From the human T2T-CHM13v2.0 reference genome, Homo sapiens: a stretch of DNA of 64,000 nt. The translations under genes were made by a program, and so were the position numbers. The notes under the pieces are model-generated. The model made no database searches. It worked only from the letters and a program-made list of their open reading frames with translations, and was not told the DNA's origin. Positions 48,323 to 64,000 of the stretch are shown piece after piece (the stretch's first letter is position 1; every line of letters starts with the position of its first letter). The stretch lies in the NCBI RefSeq assembly GCF_009914755.1, contig NC_060929.1; one strand, given 5' to 3'.

Positions 48323-49760
48323 CTGCATAAAAAATACCCAGTTGGTTCATTATTGTTCAATCCAAATAATTAAACCATTACACATAATTCTGTTATTTAG
48401 GAAACAGTACAAAACACTGTCGTGTTTGATGAAGCTTCCTACTCTAGCATAAAACATAAAAATGTTAAATTAAAACATCATGTAATTAAAGTAAAAACCA
48501 ATTTAGGGAGGCTGCGGCGGGCGGATCACCTGAGGTCAGGAGTTCATGACCAGCCTGGCCAACATGGTGAAACCTCGTCTCTACTAAAAATACAAAAATT
48601 AGCTGGGCATGTGGCACACACCTGTAATCTCAGCTACCTGGGAGGCGGAGGCTGCAGTGAGCTGAGATAGCGCCACTGCACTCCAGCCTGGGCAACAGAG
48701 CAAGGCTCCGTTTCAAAAAAATAAATAAATAAATAAAAATAATAAACCAATTTAATAAATGGAAGGCAAAATCTATTTTACTAGTTCAATTAATATATTT
48801 TATTGAATTAATTAGGAGAGAACCTTATTTGGCTGCACTAAAAATGGAAAGTAGGAACATTTTAGGTGGAAGCACCTATGCTTTGTACTCAATCCTGTAA
48901 TTAACCTCACCAAGAGCTTGTTAATAAAGCAGAAATTAGACATTTAAAATTATCATTTTTATGTTTTAAAATGTTTATCAGAAACCTACTACAGTGAATT
49001 GACTGTGACTCATAAACTCTTCAAGTTATACACCAGAAGGCAAACAACAAATGTCAGACACATACGTATTATTCCAGAACATTAAGAACTATTGGTGTGA
49101 GTTACATGTGAGGTTCTTTTCACACACAATTATGTATATAAAAATGGACACTCAGAAGTAAATTCACTTTTTCAAGGTCCTGTGGAGAAGTTGTCACTAG
49201 CAAATTAAAGGTCTTGTTGATTTCTAATAGAAATTCAAATGAAAATTTTAATTACATTAACACCTCACTAATCCCATCCCTTTACCCAAATAGAAGTTAA
49301 AAAACAAAACAAAAAAAGTGTTTGCAATCTTGAATGAGACCACAAAATCTATAAACCAAGCAGTTCTTAAACCCTTAGAGTTTACTTATTTTGAGACAAG
49401 AGTGCACTCTGTTGCCCAGGCAGGAGTGCAGGGGCATGATCTTCTCAACTGGGCACAAGTGATCTTCTTACCTTGAGTAGTTAGGACTACAGGCATGTGC
49501 CACCACATCTGGCTAAATTTTCATTTTCTTATTTTTTTTTGTAGAGACAAGGTCTCACTATGTTGCCTAGGCTGGTCTTGAACTCCTGGCCTCAGGTGAT
49601 CCTCCTATCATGGGCTCCCAAAGTGCTGGGATTACAGACATGAGCCACTATTCCTAGCCAATTTATTCTAAATTTGGACACAATTCTAACAATCTTGGGT
49701 ATTTACTTCACTGACAGCGAGAAGGTAATGTCAGAACCCATTCTACATTAGGCTAGGGGA

Positions 49761-49765
<5 letters not shown>

Positions 49766-49799
<34 letters not shown>
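49766..49799. repeat. (AC)n microsatellite, ~17 units
   Basis: Direct reading. Confidence 0.95.
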
Positions 49800-49801
<2 letters not shown>

Positions 49802-50393
49802 CTCTCTCAAACACACATGCACACACTTTAAGATTCTGGTCAGGTACCTCAGTAGCCCTGAAGGTCACTACCATGTCTCCTGGGCTATCAAGAAAACGTT
49901 ACGTTAACACCAATATGCTCTTTTCAGAGACAGGTAAGTAAATTGCACACTTTAAACAATAGTTCACCTACTTTTGCACCATTTGGCGTTTTAATGGAAC
50001 AGTTTATCTGAAAAATTCACCTAAAGAATTTGTTATCCTAATGATGCTGAAAAAAATGAAGGGATATTGTATTTTATTTCAGATTACAAAGTAAAAGATA
50101 AACTGTAATCTAAATGTAATTTTCATAGTAATGTGACTATCAAAGTAATAGTGCTTTGTTTTACCATCTGAAGAAAAATATACCTGACCTAGCCTGGTTA
50201 TGTCTGTATTTAGGGCTCAGTAAATAAATGCTGAGTTTTAAAAACAGTTAAAAAAACAAAAACCACACACACAGAACTGACATTGTTCTGTTGATACATG
50301 ACTGGACAATAATTTTTTTTGTATTCTTTGTAGGTAACTTATGAACAGAAAATTGAAGGGTTTTTTATTTGTTAGCTTTTGCTTTATTTGTAG

Positions 50394-50558
<165 letters not shown>

Positions 50559-51065
50559 TAGAGATGAGATCTCATGATATTGCCCAGGATGCTCTCAACT
50601 CTTGGTCACAAGTGATCCTCTCACTTTGGTCTCCCAAAGTTTTCTAAGCAAATAAATTTTATAAACTAAGTAAGGGAGCAGGCATAGAAGAGTGAGTTTT
50701 TAAAATGGCTTTAATACACATAGTTGGTTGTCGCAACTGCCAATGACTCTCATTGAAAATTAAAGGAAGAACTCCAATTGGTCACCCAATCACTCAACCT
50801 CCTCCTCTTGTTAAAATGCTATAGCCATCATTAGCCTGGGGGACAAGAAAATATTTAAGATAATTCAGTATAACTTGGTTAGCACAATATGCTGCAACAT
50901 TTTAAGATAATTTATTAACTTTTCCTGACTTAAGTAAAACATTTACTTTTCTATATGCCAAATTACAAATGTATCCAAATTATGTTAATCTTTTTCTTAA
51001 AATTTTGCCAGGAAAGTAATTACACATATTCTGTAATTCCATTACCCTTGACATGGCAGACTTAC

Positions 51066-51231
51066 TGGATTGCTTCTGGGACAGAAAGGATCATGTTCTT
51101 GCCCTCTCTTTTCTGCCAGCTCATTTAAGTACTTTGCCATTCTTTCTTTTCGTTTTCTTTTCATCCAGGCTTGAATCTCTCTTCTTTCCTTGTCAGTTCT
51201 TTGTGAATGTCTGCCAGAATAATGCTGAATT
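51066..51231 (-). CDS. CPLANE1: CPLANE1 exon, 166 nt ([55 protein letters not shown])
   Basis: atttctcag|A acceptor and CCA|gtaagt donor; phase 2 to 0; matches ORF 51042..51296. I found no further upstream exon in the window, so the gene continues beyond 64000. Confidence 0.92.
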
Positions 51232-52074
51232 CTGAGAAATTTAACAAGCAAGACATCATTTGCTTTTAAATTTGTTAAGCAGATAAGATATATCATGACT
51301 AAACACTATTTATCCGGAAATATTTTGCCCCATCTTCAAAAGTAGTATATACTTATGTTCTCTAGTCAACTCACTCCAATTTGTTACCTGAACTCCACTG
51401 AAAATGGACTCAGAAAGCTAACAACTTCTTTATAACATTTACCTTAAACTCGATTTTCCCTTCTTCTTTAAACTCTATCTTACCTGAGTCTTTTCCTAAC
51501 TCTCAGAAAACTATATAGCCTCCTGCATTGGCTCCTTTCTTCTCTGCTCACTGCTTCAAAATTAATTATCTTAAAGGTTCTCCTTTTGACTTTTTTTAAA
51601 CTTTTTAATTTTGTGGGTACATAGTAGATGTATATATTTATAGAGTACATGAGATATTTTGATACAGGTATGCAATGCATAATAAACACATCATGTAAAA
51701 TGGGGAGGTTTCCACTTCTTTATCTATTTAACTTATTCCCTGCACTATCTCTATCACTTTCAAAACTTCTAATACAGGGCTGGGCTCAGTGGCTCACACC
51801 TGTAATCCCAGAACTCTGGGAGGCCAAGGCAGGCAGACTGCTTTAGCCCAGGAGTTCAAGACCAGCCTGGGCAAGATGATGAGATGTCATCTCTATTAAA
51901 AAAAAAATTAGCCAGGTTGAATGGCACATGCCTGAAATCCCAGCTACTCAGGATGCTGAGGTGGGTGGGAGGATCACTTGAGCCTGGGAGGTCGAAGCTG
52001 CAGTGAGCAGTGACTGTGCCACTGCATTCCAGCCTGGGTGACAGAGGGAGACTGTCTCAAAAAAACAAAAAAAT

Positions 52075-53260
52075 TGTAACACAGAGATGACTTCCAACAG
52101 CTGCCCTTATGGATCTACTCCCATGCTTAGGTTCATGCCACACTTTCCATAGTCTGGCCCAAATTAATGGACTAAGCATGGCAGGGATACTGTGAAAGGC
52201 CCATTGCTGCAAGACACAGGTGACTCTGTGGGTGACTTGGCCTGAGGTTTTACCATTGACCTGGCTGAAACATTCTTAAAACTACACAGTGCACTGAGAC
52301 TCTGTCTCCCCTACCCTCTTTCCCTCTCCTTTACCGGGAGGGCTGAGAGCTGCATCATAGTCTGATGCTTCTCCTTACTTCTTCCCTGCATTCCGCCATC
52401 CTCTCACAAGCATTTTCCCCAGTAAATCTCTTCTACAGCTAATCCAACCTTAGCTTCTGCTTCTTGGAGGATCTGAACTAACACACATGCAGTAGGAGTG
52501 GTCTGAGAAAATGGGTGGTGCAAAATGGGGATTTGGGGCAAGGTGCAGTGGCATGCACCTGTAGTCCCAGCTACTTGGGAGGCTGAAGTGGGACAGTCGT
52601 GAATTCAAGCCCAGCTTGGGCAAAATAGCAAACCTCCATCTCCAAAAAAGAAAATTTTAAAAAGTTTTTTTTTAAAAGATGGGGACTTGAGACAGATGCA
52701 TCACCCAGTGATTGAAAAAGACACCCTCCTAAACAGAAGGCCAGTCACAAATACAAACAATATAGTTTATTCTGAATATCTGCTTTCCTTTTGAGACTCT
52801 GATATCTTAATACATGGCAGGCAGTATCTCCCCAGTAAAACCCCAGGCACTGAATTTCTAATGGGCTTGCCTGGTAGACATTTCACACATGTTGTCACAA
52901 CTTGTTACTGGAGGAATTAAGTGCATTCTGTGCGACCCCACTGGGAAAAGACTCTTAGAAGCTGGTGTCTGATTTTCCCTGGAATTTACTCCATGTACCT
53001 TTTGCCTCCTGTTAGGATAAATTATAGCCATGAAAACGACTATTTGCTGAGTTCTGTGCATCCTCCTAGGTGATTTCTGAACCTGGAGGTGATCTTGGGG
53101 ACCCCCAGCACAGGGTCAGATCTACATCAGCACTGCAGTATGATAGTTGTCCCCAGTTTTATTGCATCCTCCCTTTTTCCCTTTCAGGCATTTCTCCAAA
53201 TAAATCTCTTGCTCATCAAAATCCCATCTGCTTTGCAGAGGACTTAAAACTAATATACCG
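52075..53260 (+). mobile_element. Old ERVL-class LTR remnants (LTR16-like) plus a MER21-like LTR (~52740-53112)
   Basis: LTR termini ...ggaggatctgaactaacaca and ...gaggacttaaaactaata; MER21 motif ctggaggaattaagtgcattctgtgcgaccccactgggaaaagactc. Confidence 0.55.
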
Positions 53261-53308
53261 ATGAATATTACCACTCGATGTTCTGGATGTTCTTCTGCCA
53301 CCTTATAA

Positions 53309-53647
<339 letters not shown>

Positions 53648-54230
53648 TAAATTTATTTATTTATTTATTTATTTGTGTTTTTGAAATCTCATCTCTACCA
53701 AAACTATAAAAATTAGCTGGGTGCAGTGGCACACATCTGTGGTCACAGCTACTTGGAGGCTAAGGTGGGAGAATCACTTAAGCCTGGGGAGGTTGAGGCT
53801 GCAGTAAGCCATGATTGTGCCACTGCACCCCAGCCTGGGTGACAGAGTGAGATCCTGTCTCAAAAAACAAACAAACAAACAAAAGATATATTATGTCCTT
53901 CTCAGGGAAGGAAGCAAAATTAACAGAATACAGGATTTAAAAGATATTTTTATTACAAAAAATTTTTTTTGAGATTGGGTTATGAGACTGGCTAATTTTT
54001 GTATTTTTGGTAGAGATGGGGTTTCCCTATGTTGCCCCTGTATTCTTTATCCTGCTAAATAAATCACCATCAACTCAGTCACCCAAGTAAAAAAGCTGTC
54101 ACTCTTACCACCTGATAGCCTCCAAATGTTTACTTACACCTATTACCCTACACTCTCCATTCTGATCACCTCATCTCTAAACTACTGAAGTAAGTCTTCT
54201 AACTGGCTCTAATTTGTATCTTAAAGCCCT

Positions 54231-57083
<2,853 letters not shown>

Positions 57084-57336
57084 GCGCTTTCTACCACACC
57101 CTACTGCGTGTCAATAGGTTGAACTCAGTGATTCCCTCTGGTCTTCACAGTCAGCTAGTCTCACTCTCCCCTTCTAATGCACAAACTCTAGCTACATCTA
57201 ATTCCTTGCCCTTCACTTATAAATACAAGAACTACTGTGATTGCCTTCTTTCACTGACTTTCTTCCCCTGAGCTCCCACAAACACTGATATAACTTGGTC
57301 TTAGAGCTCTATCTCCAAGAGCAGAAACTGTATTTA

Positions 57337-57780
<444 letters not shown>

Positions 57781-58106
57781 ATATTTAATTTTTATTCTAA
57801 TTATTGACATTTAATAGATTACTGTTAACACGATCATTAACTTAACAAAACAACTGAAGGTAACTAAATGCATTAGTTTAGGAAGTTAGGGTTTAACATG
57901 GTCTTAATATAAGGTTATATATAATACAGCAGATACATCGAATAATAGAAATTAAAATAATTAAATAGAAATTAGTGGAATCCTTTTTCGTTTTTGTACA
58001 ATATTTTCTGGTAATAGAAAAATATTGTTACCAGAAAATAATGAGGTCTTATAAGTTCAATAATAACTTCTTTTGAAAACAAAATGACTTCGAGAAGTGT
58101 TTGTAA

Positions 58107-58403
<297 letters not shown>

Positions 58404-59318
58404 TAATCCGCCCGCCTTGGCCTCCCAAAGTGCTGGGATTACAGGCGTTGAGCCACCGCCCCCAGCCCAATTGTTCAAGTTCTTTGTAGATTCTGCATAT
58501 TAGATCATTGTTGGATGCAAAGGTTGTGAATATTTTCTCCCATTCTGTAGGCTGTCTGTTTACTCTGTTGATTATTTTGCTGTGCAGAAGCTCTTTAATT
58601 ACATCCCACTTGTCAATTTTTGTTTTTGTTACAACTGCTTTTGAGAACTTAGTCATAAATTCTTTCCCAAGGCCAGTGTCCAGAATGGTATTTCCTAAGT
58701 TTCTTCTAGGATTCTTATGGTTTGAGGTCTTATATTTAAATGTTTTATTCATCTTGTGTTAATTTTTGTATATGGTGAAAGGTAGGGGTCCAGTTTCATT
58801 CTTCTGCGTATGGCTAACCAGCTCTCTCACAACCTTTATAGGGAGTCATTTCCCCTGCCTTTCCCCCTAATTTTTGTCAACTTTGTCAAAGATCAGATGG
58901 CTGTAGGTATGCAACTTTATTTCTGAGTTCTCTATTCTGTTCCATTGGTCTGTATGTCCATCTTTGTACCAGTACCATGCTGTTTTGGTTAGTGTAACCT
59001 TGTATAATTTGAAGGCAGGTAACATGATGACTCTGGCTTTGCTCTTTTTACTCAGGATTGCTTTGGCCATTTGGACCCTGTTTTGGTTCCATATGAATTT
59101 TAGAATAGTTTTTTTTTCTAATTCTGTTTAAAATGATATTGGTAGCTTGATAGAAATAGTGTTGAATCTATAGATTGCTTTGGGCAGTATGGTTATTTTA
59201 AGGATATTGATTCTTCTGTGAGCATGGGATGTTTTCTATGTTTTTATGTCACCTGCGATTTCTTTCAGAAGTGTTTCGTAGTTCTCCTTGCTGAGATCTC
59301 TCACCTCTTTGGTTAGAG

Positions 59319-59349
<31 letters not shown>

Positions 59350-59354
59350 TGTGT
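59319..59354. repeat. (GT)n microsatellite
   Basis: Direct reading. Confidence 0.95.
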
Positions 59355-60606
59355 CTGTTGTAAATGGGACTGCATTCTTGCTTTGGTTCTCAGCTTGAAT
59401 GTTATTGGTGCATAGAAATGCTACTGATTTTTGTACATTGATTTTGTATCCTGAAACTTTACTGAAGTCATTTATCAGTTCTAGGTGGCTTTTGGAGGAG
59501 TCTTTAGGTTTTCTAGGTATAGAATCATACTGTCATAGAAAAGAGATAATCTGAATTCTTATTTTCCTATTTGGATGCCTTACGTTTATTTCTCTTACCT
59601 GATTCCTCTGGCTAGGACTTCCAGTACTGTGTTAAATAGAAGTGGTAAGATTAAGCATTCTTGTTTTGTACCAGTTCTTAAGGTGAATGCTTCCAGCTTT
59701 TGCCCGTTCAGTAAGATGTTGGCTGTGGGTTTGTCATAAATGGCTATTAATCACATTTATTGATTTGTGTATGTTGAACCAATCTTGCATCCTAGAAATG
59801 AGGCCTACTTGATTATGGTGAATTAACAATCACCACAATTTGATGTGCTGTTTTCGGTTTGCTATATTTTGTTGAAGATTTTTTACTTCTATATTCATCA
59901 GGGATATTGGCCTGTAGCTTTATTTTTTCCTTGGGTCTTCGCCAGGTTTTGGTATCAGGGTGATGTCACCTTCATAGAATGATTGGGGAGGAGTCTGTCC
60001 TCCTTGATTTTTTAAAAGAGTTTCAGTAGAATTCCCACCAGTTCTTCTTTTATGTCTGGCAGAATTTGGCTGTGAATCCATCTGGTCTGGGGCTTTTATT
60101 GGTTGGTGGGTTTTTTATTACTGATTCCATTTCAGGACTTCATATTGGTCTGTTCAGGGTTTCAAATTTCTTCCTGATTCAATGTTGAGGGGTTGTGTGT
60201 TTCCAGGAATTTATCCATTTCCTCTAGATTTTCTACTTTGTGCATACAGGCATTCATAAAAGTCTCTGAGGATCTTTTGTATTTCTGTGGGATCAGTTGT
60301 AATGTCACCTTTGTTGTTTTCTGATTGTGCTTATTTGGATCTTCTCTCTTTTTTTCTTTGTTAATGTAGCTGGTGGTCTATCAATCTAGTTTATCCTTTC
60401 TAATAACCAACTTTTGGTATTGTTGATTCTTTGTATGGATTTTTGGTTCTCGATTTTGTTCACTTCTGCTCTGATTTTAGTTACTTATTTTCTTTTGCTA
60501 GCTCTGGGGTTAATTTGTTCTTGTTTTTCTAGTTCCTCTAGGCGTGATGTTAGATTACTAATGTGAAATCATTCTAACTTTTTGATATAGGTGTTTAGTG
60601 CTATAA

Positions 60607-61082
<476 letters not shown>

Positions 61083-61148
61083 TGAGAGGTCTTCTTGGTA
61101 TTGATTTCTATTTTTATGCTTCTATGATCTGAAAGTATGGTTGGTATG

Positions 61149-63723
61149 TGTATTAGTCTGTTCTCACACTGCTAATAGAGACACACCTGAGATTGGATAA
61201 TTTATAAAGGAAAGAGGTTTAATTAAGTCACAGTTAAGCATGGCTGGGGAGGCCTCAAGAAACTTATAATCATCGCGGAAGGGGAAGCAAACATGTCCTT
61301 CTCCACATGGTGGCAGGAAGGAGAAGAATGAGTGCCCAGCAAAAGGGGAAGTCCCTTATAAAACCATCAGATTGGCCAGGTGCAGTGGCTCACACCTGTA
61401 ATCCCAGCACTTTGGGAAGTCGAGGTGGGCGGATCACAAGGTCAGCAGATTGAGACCATCCTGGCTAACATGGTGAAACCCTGTCTCTACTAAAAATATA
61501 AAAATTAGCTGGACGTGGTGGCACGTGCCTGTAATCCCAGCTACTCGGGAGGCTGAGGCAGGAATAACTTGAACCAGGGAGTCAGAGGTTGCAGTGAGCT
61601 GAGATCACACCATGGCACTCCAGCCTGGCAAAAGAGCGAGACTCTGTCTCAAAAAAAAAAACCAACAAAAAACCCAACAGATCTCGTGAAATAGTGTTTT
61701 TACTATCACGAGAACAGGATGGGGCAAAACACCTCCGTGATTAAATTATCTCCACCAACATGTGGGGATTATGGGAACTACAATTCAAGATGAGATGTGG
61801 ATGAGGAAACAATCAGACCATATCATTCTGCCCCGGCCCTTTCCAAATCTCATGTCCTCATAATTCAAAACACAATCATGTCCTTCCAACAGTCCCCCAC
61901 GGTCTTAACTCATTCTAGCATTAACTCAAAAGTCCAAGTCCAAAGTCTCATCTGAGACAAGGCAAGACCCTCCTGCCTGTAAAATCAAAAGCAATTTAGT
62001 TACTTCCTAGATACAATGGAGGTACAGGCATTGGGTAAAAATACCCGGTCCAAATAGGAGAAATTAGCCAAAACAAAGGGGCTATCAGCCTCATACAAGT
62101 CCAAAATCCAATAGGGCAGTCATTAAACCTTAAAGTTCCAAAATGATCTTCTTTGACTCCATGTCTCACATCCAGGTCATGCTGATGCAAGAGGTGGGTT
62201 CCCATGGTCTTGGACAGCTCTGTCCCTGTGGCTTTGCAGGGTACAGCCCTCTGTCCCAGCTGCTTTCACAGCCAGCATTGTCTGTGACTTTTCCAGGCAC
62301 ATGGTGCAAGCTGTCGGTAAATCTACCATTCTGGGGTCTGAAGGACGATGGCCCTCTTCTCACAGCTCCACTAGGCAGTGCCCCAGAAGGGAATTTGTGT
62401 GGGGGCTCCAACCCCACATTTCCCTCCCACACTGCCCTAGCAGAGGTTCTCCATGATAGCTATACCCTTGCAACAAACTTCTGCCTGGCTTTTCCATACA
62501 TCCTCTGAAATCTACTAGAAGGTTCCCAAACTTCAATTCTTGACTTCTATTCACCCACAAGCTCAACACCACGTGGAGGCTGCCAAGGCTTAGGGCTTAC
62601 ACCTTCTGAAGCCACAGCCCAAGCTGTATCTTGGCGCCTTCTAGCCACAGCTAGAGAGGATAGGATGCAGGGCACCAAGTCCCTAGGCTGCACACAGCAA
62701 GGAGGGCCTGGGCCTGCCCCAGGAAACCATTTTTCCCTCCTAGGCCTCTGGGCCTGTGATGGGAGGGACTGCCATGAAGGTCTCTGACATGCCCTGGAGA
62801 TATTTTCCCCATGGTCTTGGTGACTAAAATTTGGCTTCTCATTATTTATGGAAATTTCTGCACTGAGCTTGATTTCTCCCCAGAAAATGGGTTTTTCTTT
62901 TATATTGCACTGTCAGCCTGCAAATTTTCCAAACTTTCATGCTCTGCTTCCTCTTGAATGCTTTGCCACTTAGAAATTTCTTCCACTGGATACCCTAAAT
63001 AATCTCTCTCAAGTTCAAAGTTCCACAAATCTCTAGGACAGAGGCAAAATGCTACCAGTCTCGTTGCTAAAACATAATAAGAATCACCTTCTCCAGTTCC
63101 CAACAAGTTCCTCTTCTCCATCTGAGACCACCTCAGCCTGGACGTTATTGTCCATATTGCTATCAGGCTTTTGGTCAAAGCCATTCAACAAGTCTCTAGG
63201 AAGTTCCAAACTTTCCCACATCTTCCTGTCTTCTTCTGAGTCCTACAAACTGTTCCAACCTCTGCCTGTTACCCAGTTCCAAAGTCGCTTCCACATTTTC
63301 AGGTATTTTTACAGTAGCACCCCACTCTCTGCAGCACCAATTTACTATATTAGTCTGTTCTTACACTGCTAAATAAGACATACCTGAGACTGAACAATTT
63401 ATAAACGAAAGAGGTGTAATTAACTCACAGTTCAGCATGGCTGGGGAGGCCTCAGGAAACTTACAATCATGGCAGAAGGGGAAGCAAACATGTCCTTCTT
63501 CACATAATGGCGGGAAGGAGAAGAATGAGTGCCCACTGAAGGGGGAAGCCCCTTATAATACCATCAGTTCTTGTGACAACTCACTCACTAGCATGAGAAC
63601 AGGAAGGGGCAAACTGTCCCCATGATTCAATTATCTCCACCTGTTCCCTCCCATGACACATGGGAATTATGGGAACTACAATTCAAGCTGAGATTTGGAT
63701 GGGGACACAGCCAAACCATATCA
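61149..63723 (-). mobile_element. Complete THE1 (THE1C/D-like) MaLR: LTR 61149-61825 (with AluS 61373-61680), internal region, LTR 63346-63723
   Basis: Both LTRs read t(g/a)tattagtctgttc...accatatca; ~1.5 kb MaLR internal region; degenerate 5-bp TSD GTATG/GTCAG; host L1 resumes afterwards. Confidence 0.88.
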
Positions 63724-64000
63724 GTCAGATATCAGGGTTGTTTTTTTTTTTTTAATTTATTGAGACTTGCTTTAAGGCCAAGCATTTGGTCGATCTTGGA
63801 GTATATTCTGTGTGCAGATGAAAAGAATGTATATTCTGTGGTTGATGGGTGGAGCGTTCTACAGATGTTTATTAGGTTCAATTGCTCAAGTGTCTAATTT
63901 AATTCCAGAATTTGTTAGTTTTCTGCTTTGATGATATGTCCAACTTTGTCATTGGGGTGTTGAAGTCCCCCACTATTACTACGTGGTTGCCTAAATAGTT

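Noticed and set aside
51484-51569. Possible 86-nt exon with a strong donor CAG|gtaaga
   Set aside because: The acceptor has no pyrimidine tract, the length is not frame-preserving and nothing else supports it.

Overview
Primate (almost certainly human) genomic DNA, largely interspersed repeats. Positions ~32,065-64,000 hold the 3' end of a minus-strand gene whose last seven coding exons splice in frame (GT-AG, phases consistent) to a C-terminus ...[36 protein letters not shown], which I recognise as CPLANE1 (C5orf42). Positions 1-32,000 are a retroelement graveyard. Its core is a nested stack: an old L1M split by a ~14 kb L1PB-type element, which carries an Alu, an RPS4X processed pseudogene and a complete but decayed betaretroviral HERV-K(HML-5)/LTR22-type provirus, with an AluY in gag. 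A CPLANE1 intron holds an RBIS (C8orf59) retrocopy and a two-LTR THE1 element. I see no prokaryotic-type or wholly new system. The most unusual signals are: (i) the L1PB looks spliced in its 5'UTR and cut short at its 3' end; (ii) the provirus PBS matches tRNA-Trp best; (iii) the RBIS retrocopy has a long 3'UTR resembling antisense E2F5 3'UTR, which puts an AATAAA in CPLANE1-sense orientation inside an intron; (iv) a 269-nt candidate poison exon; (v) a candidate distal CPLANE1 poly(A) signal inside an antisense L1. Gene and repeat names come from memory of consensus sequences, not from searches. Repeat boundaries are approximate unless a TSD is quoted.
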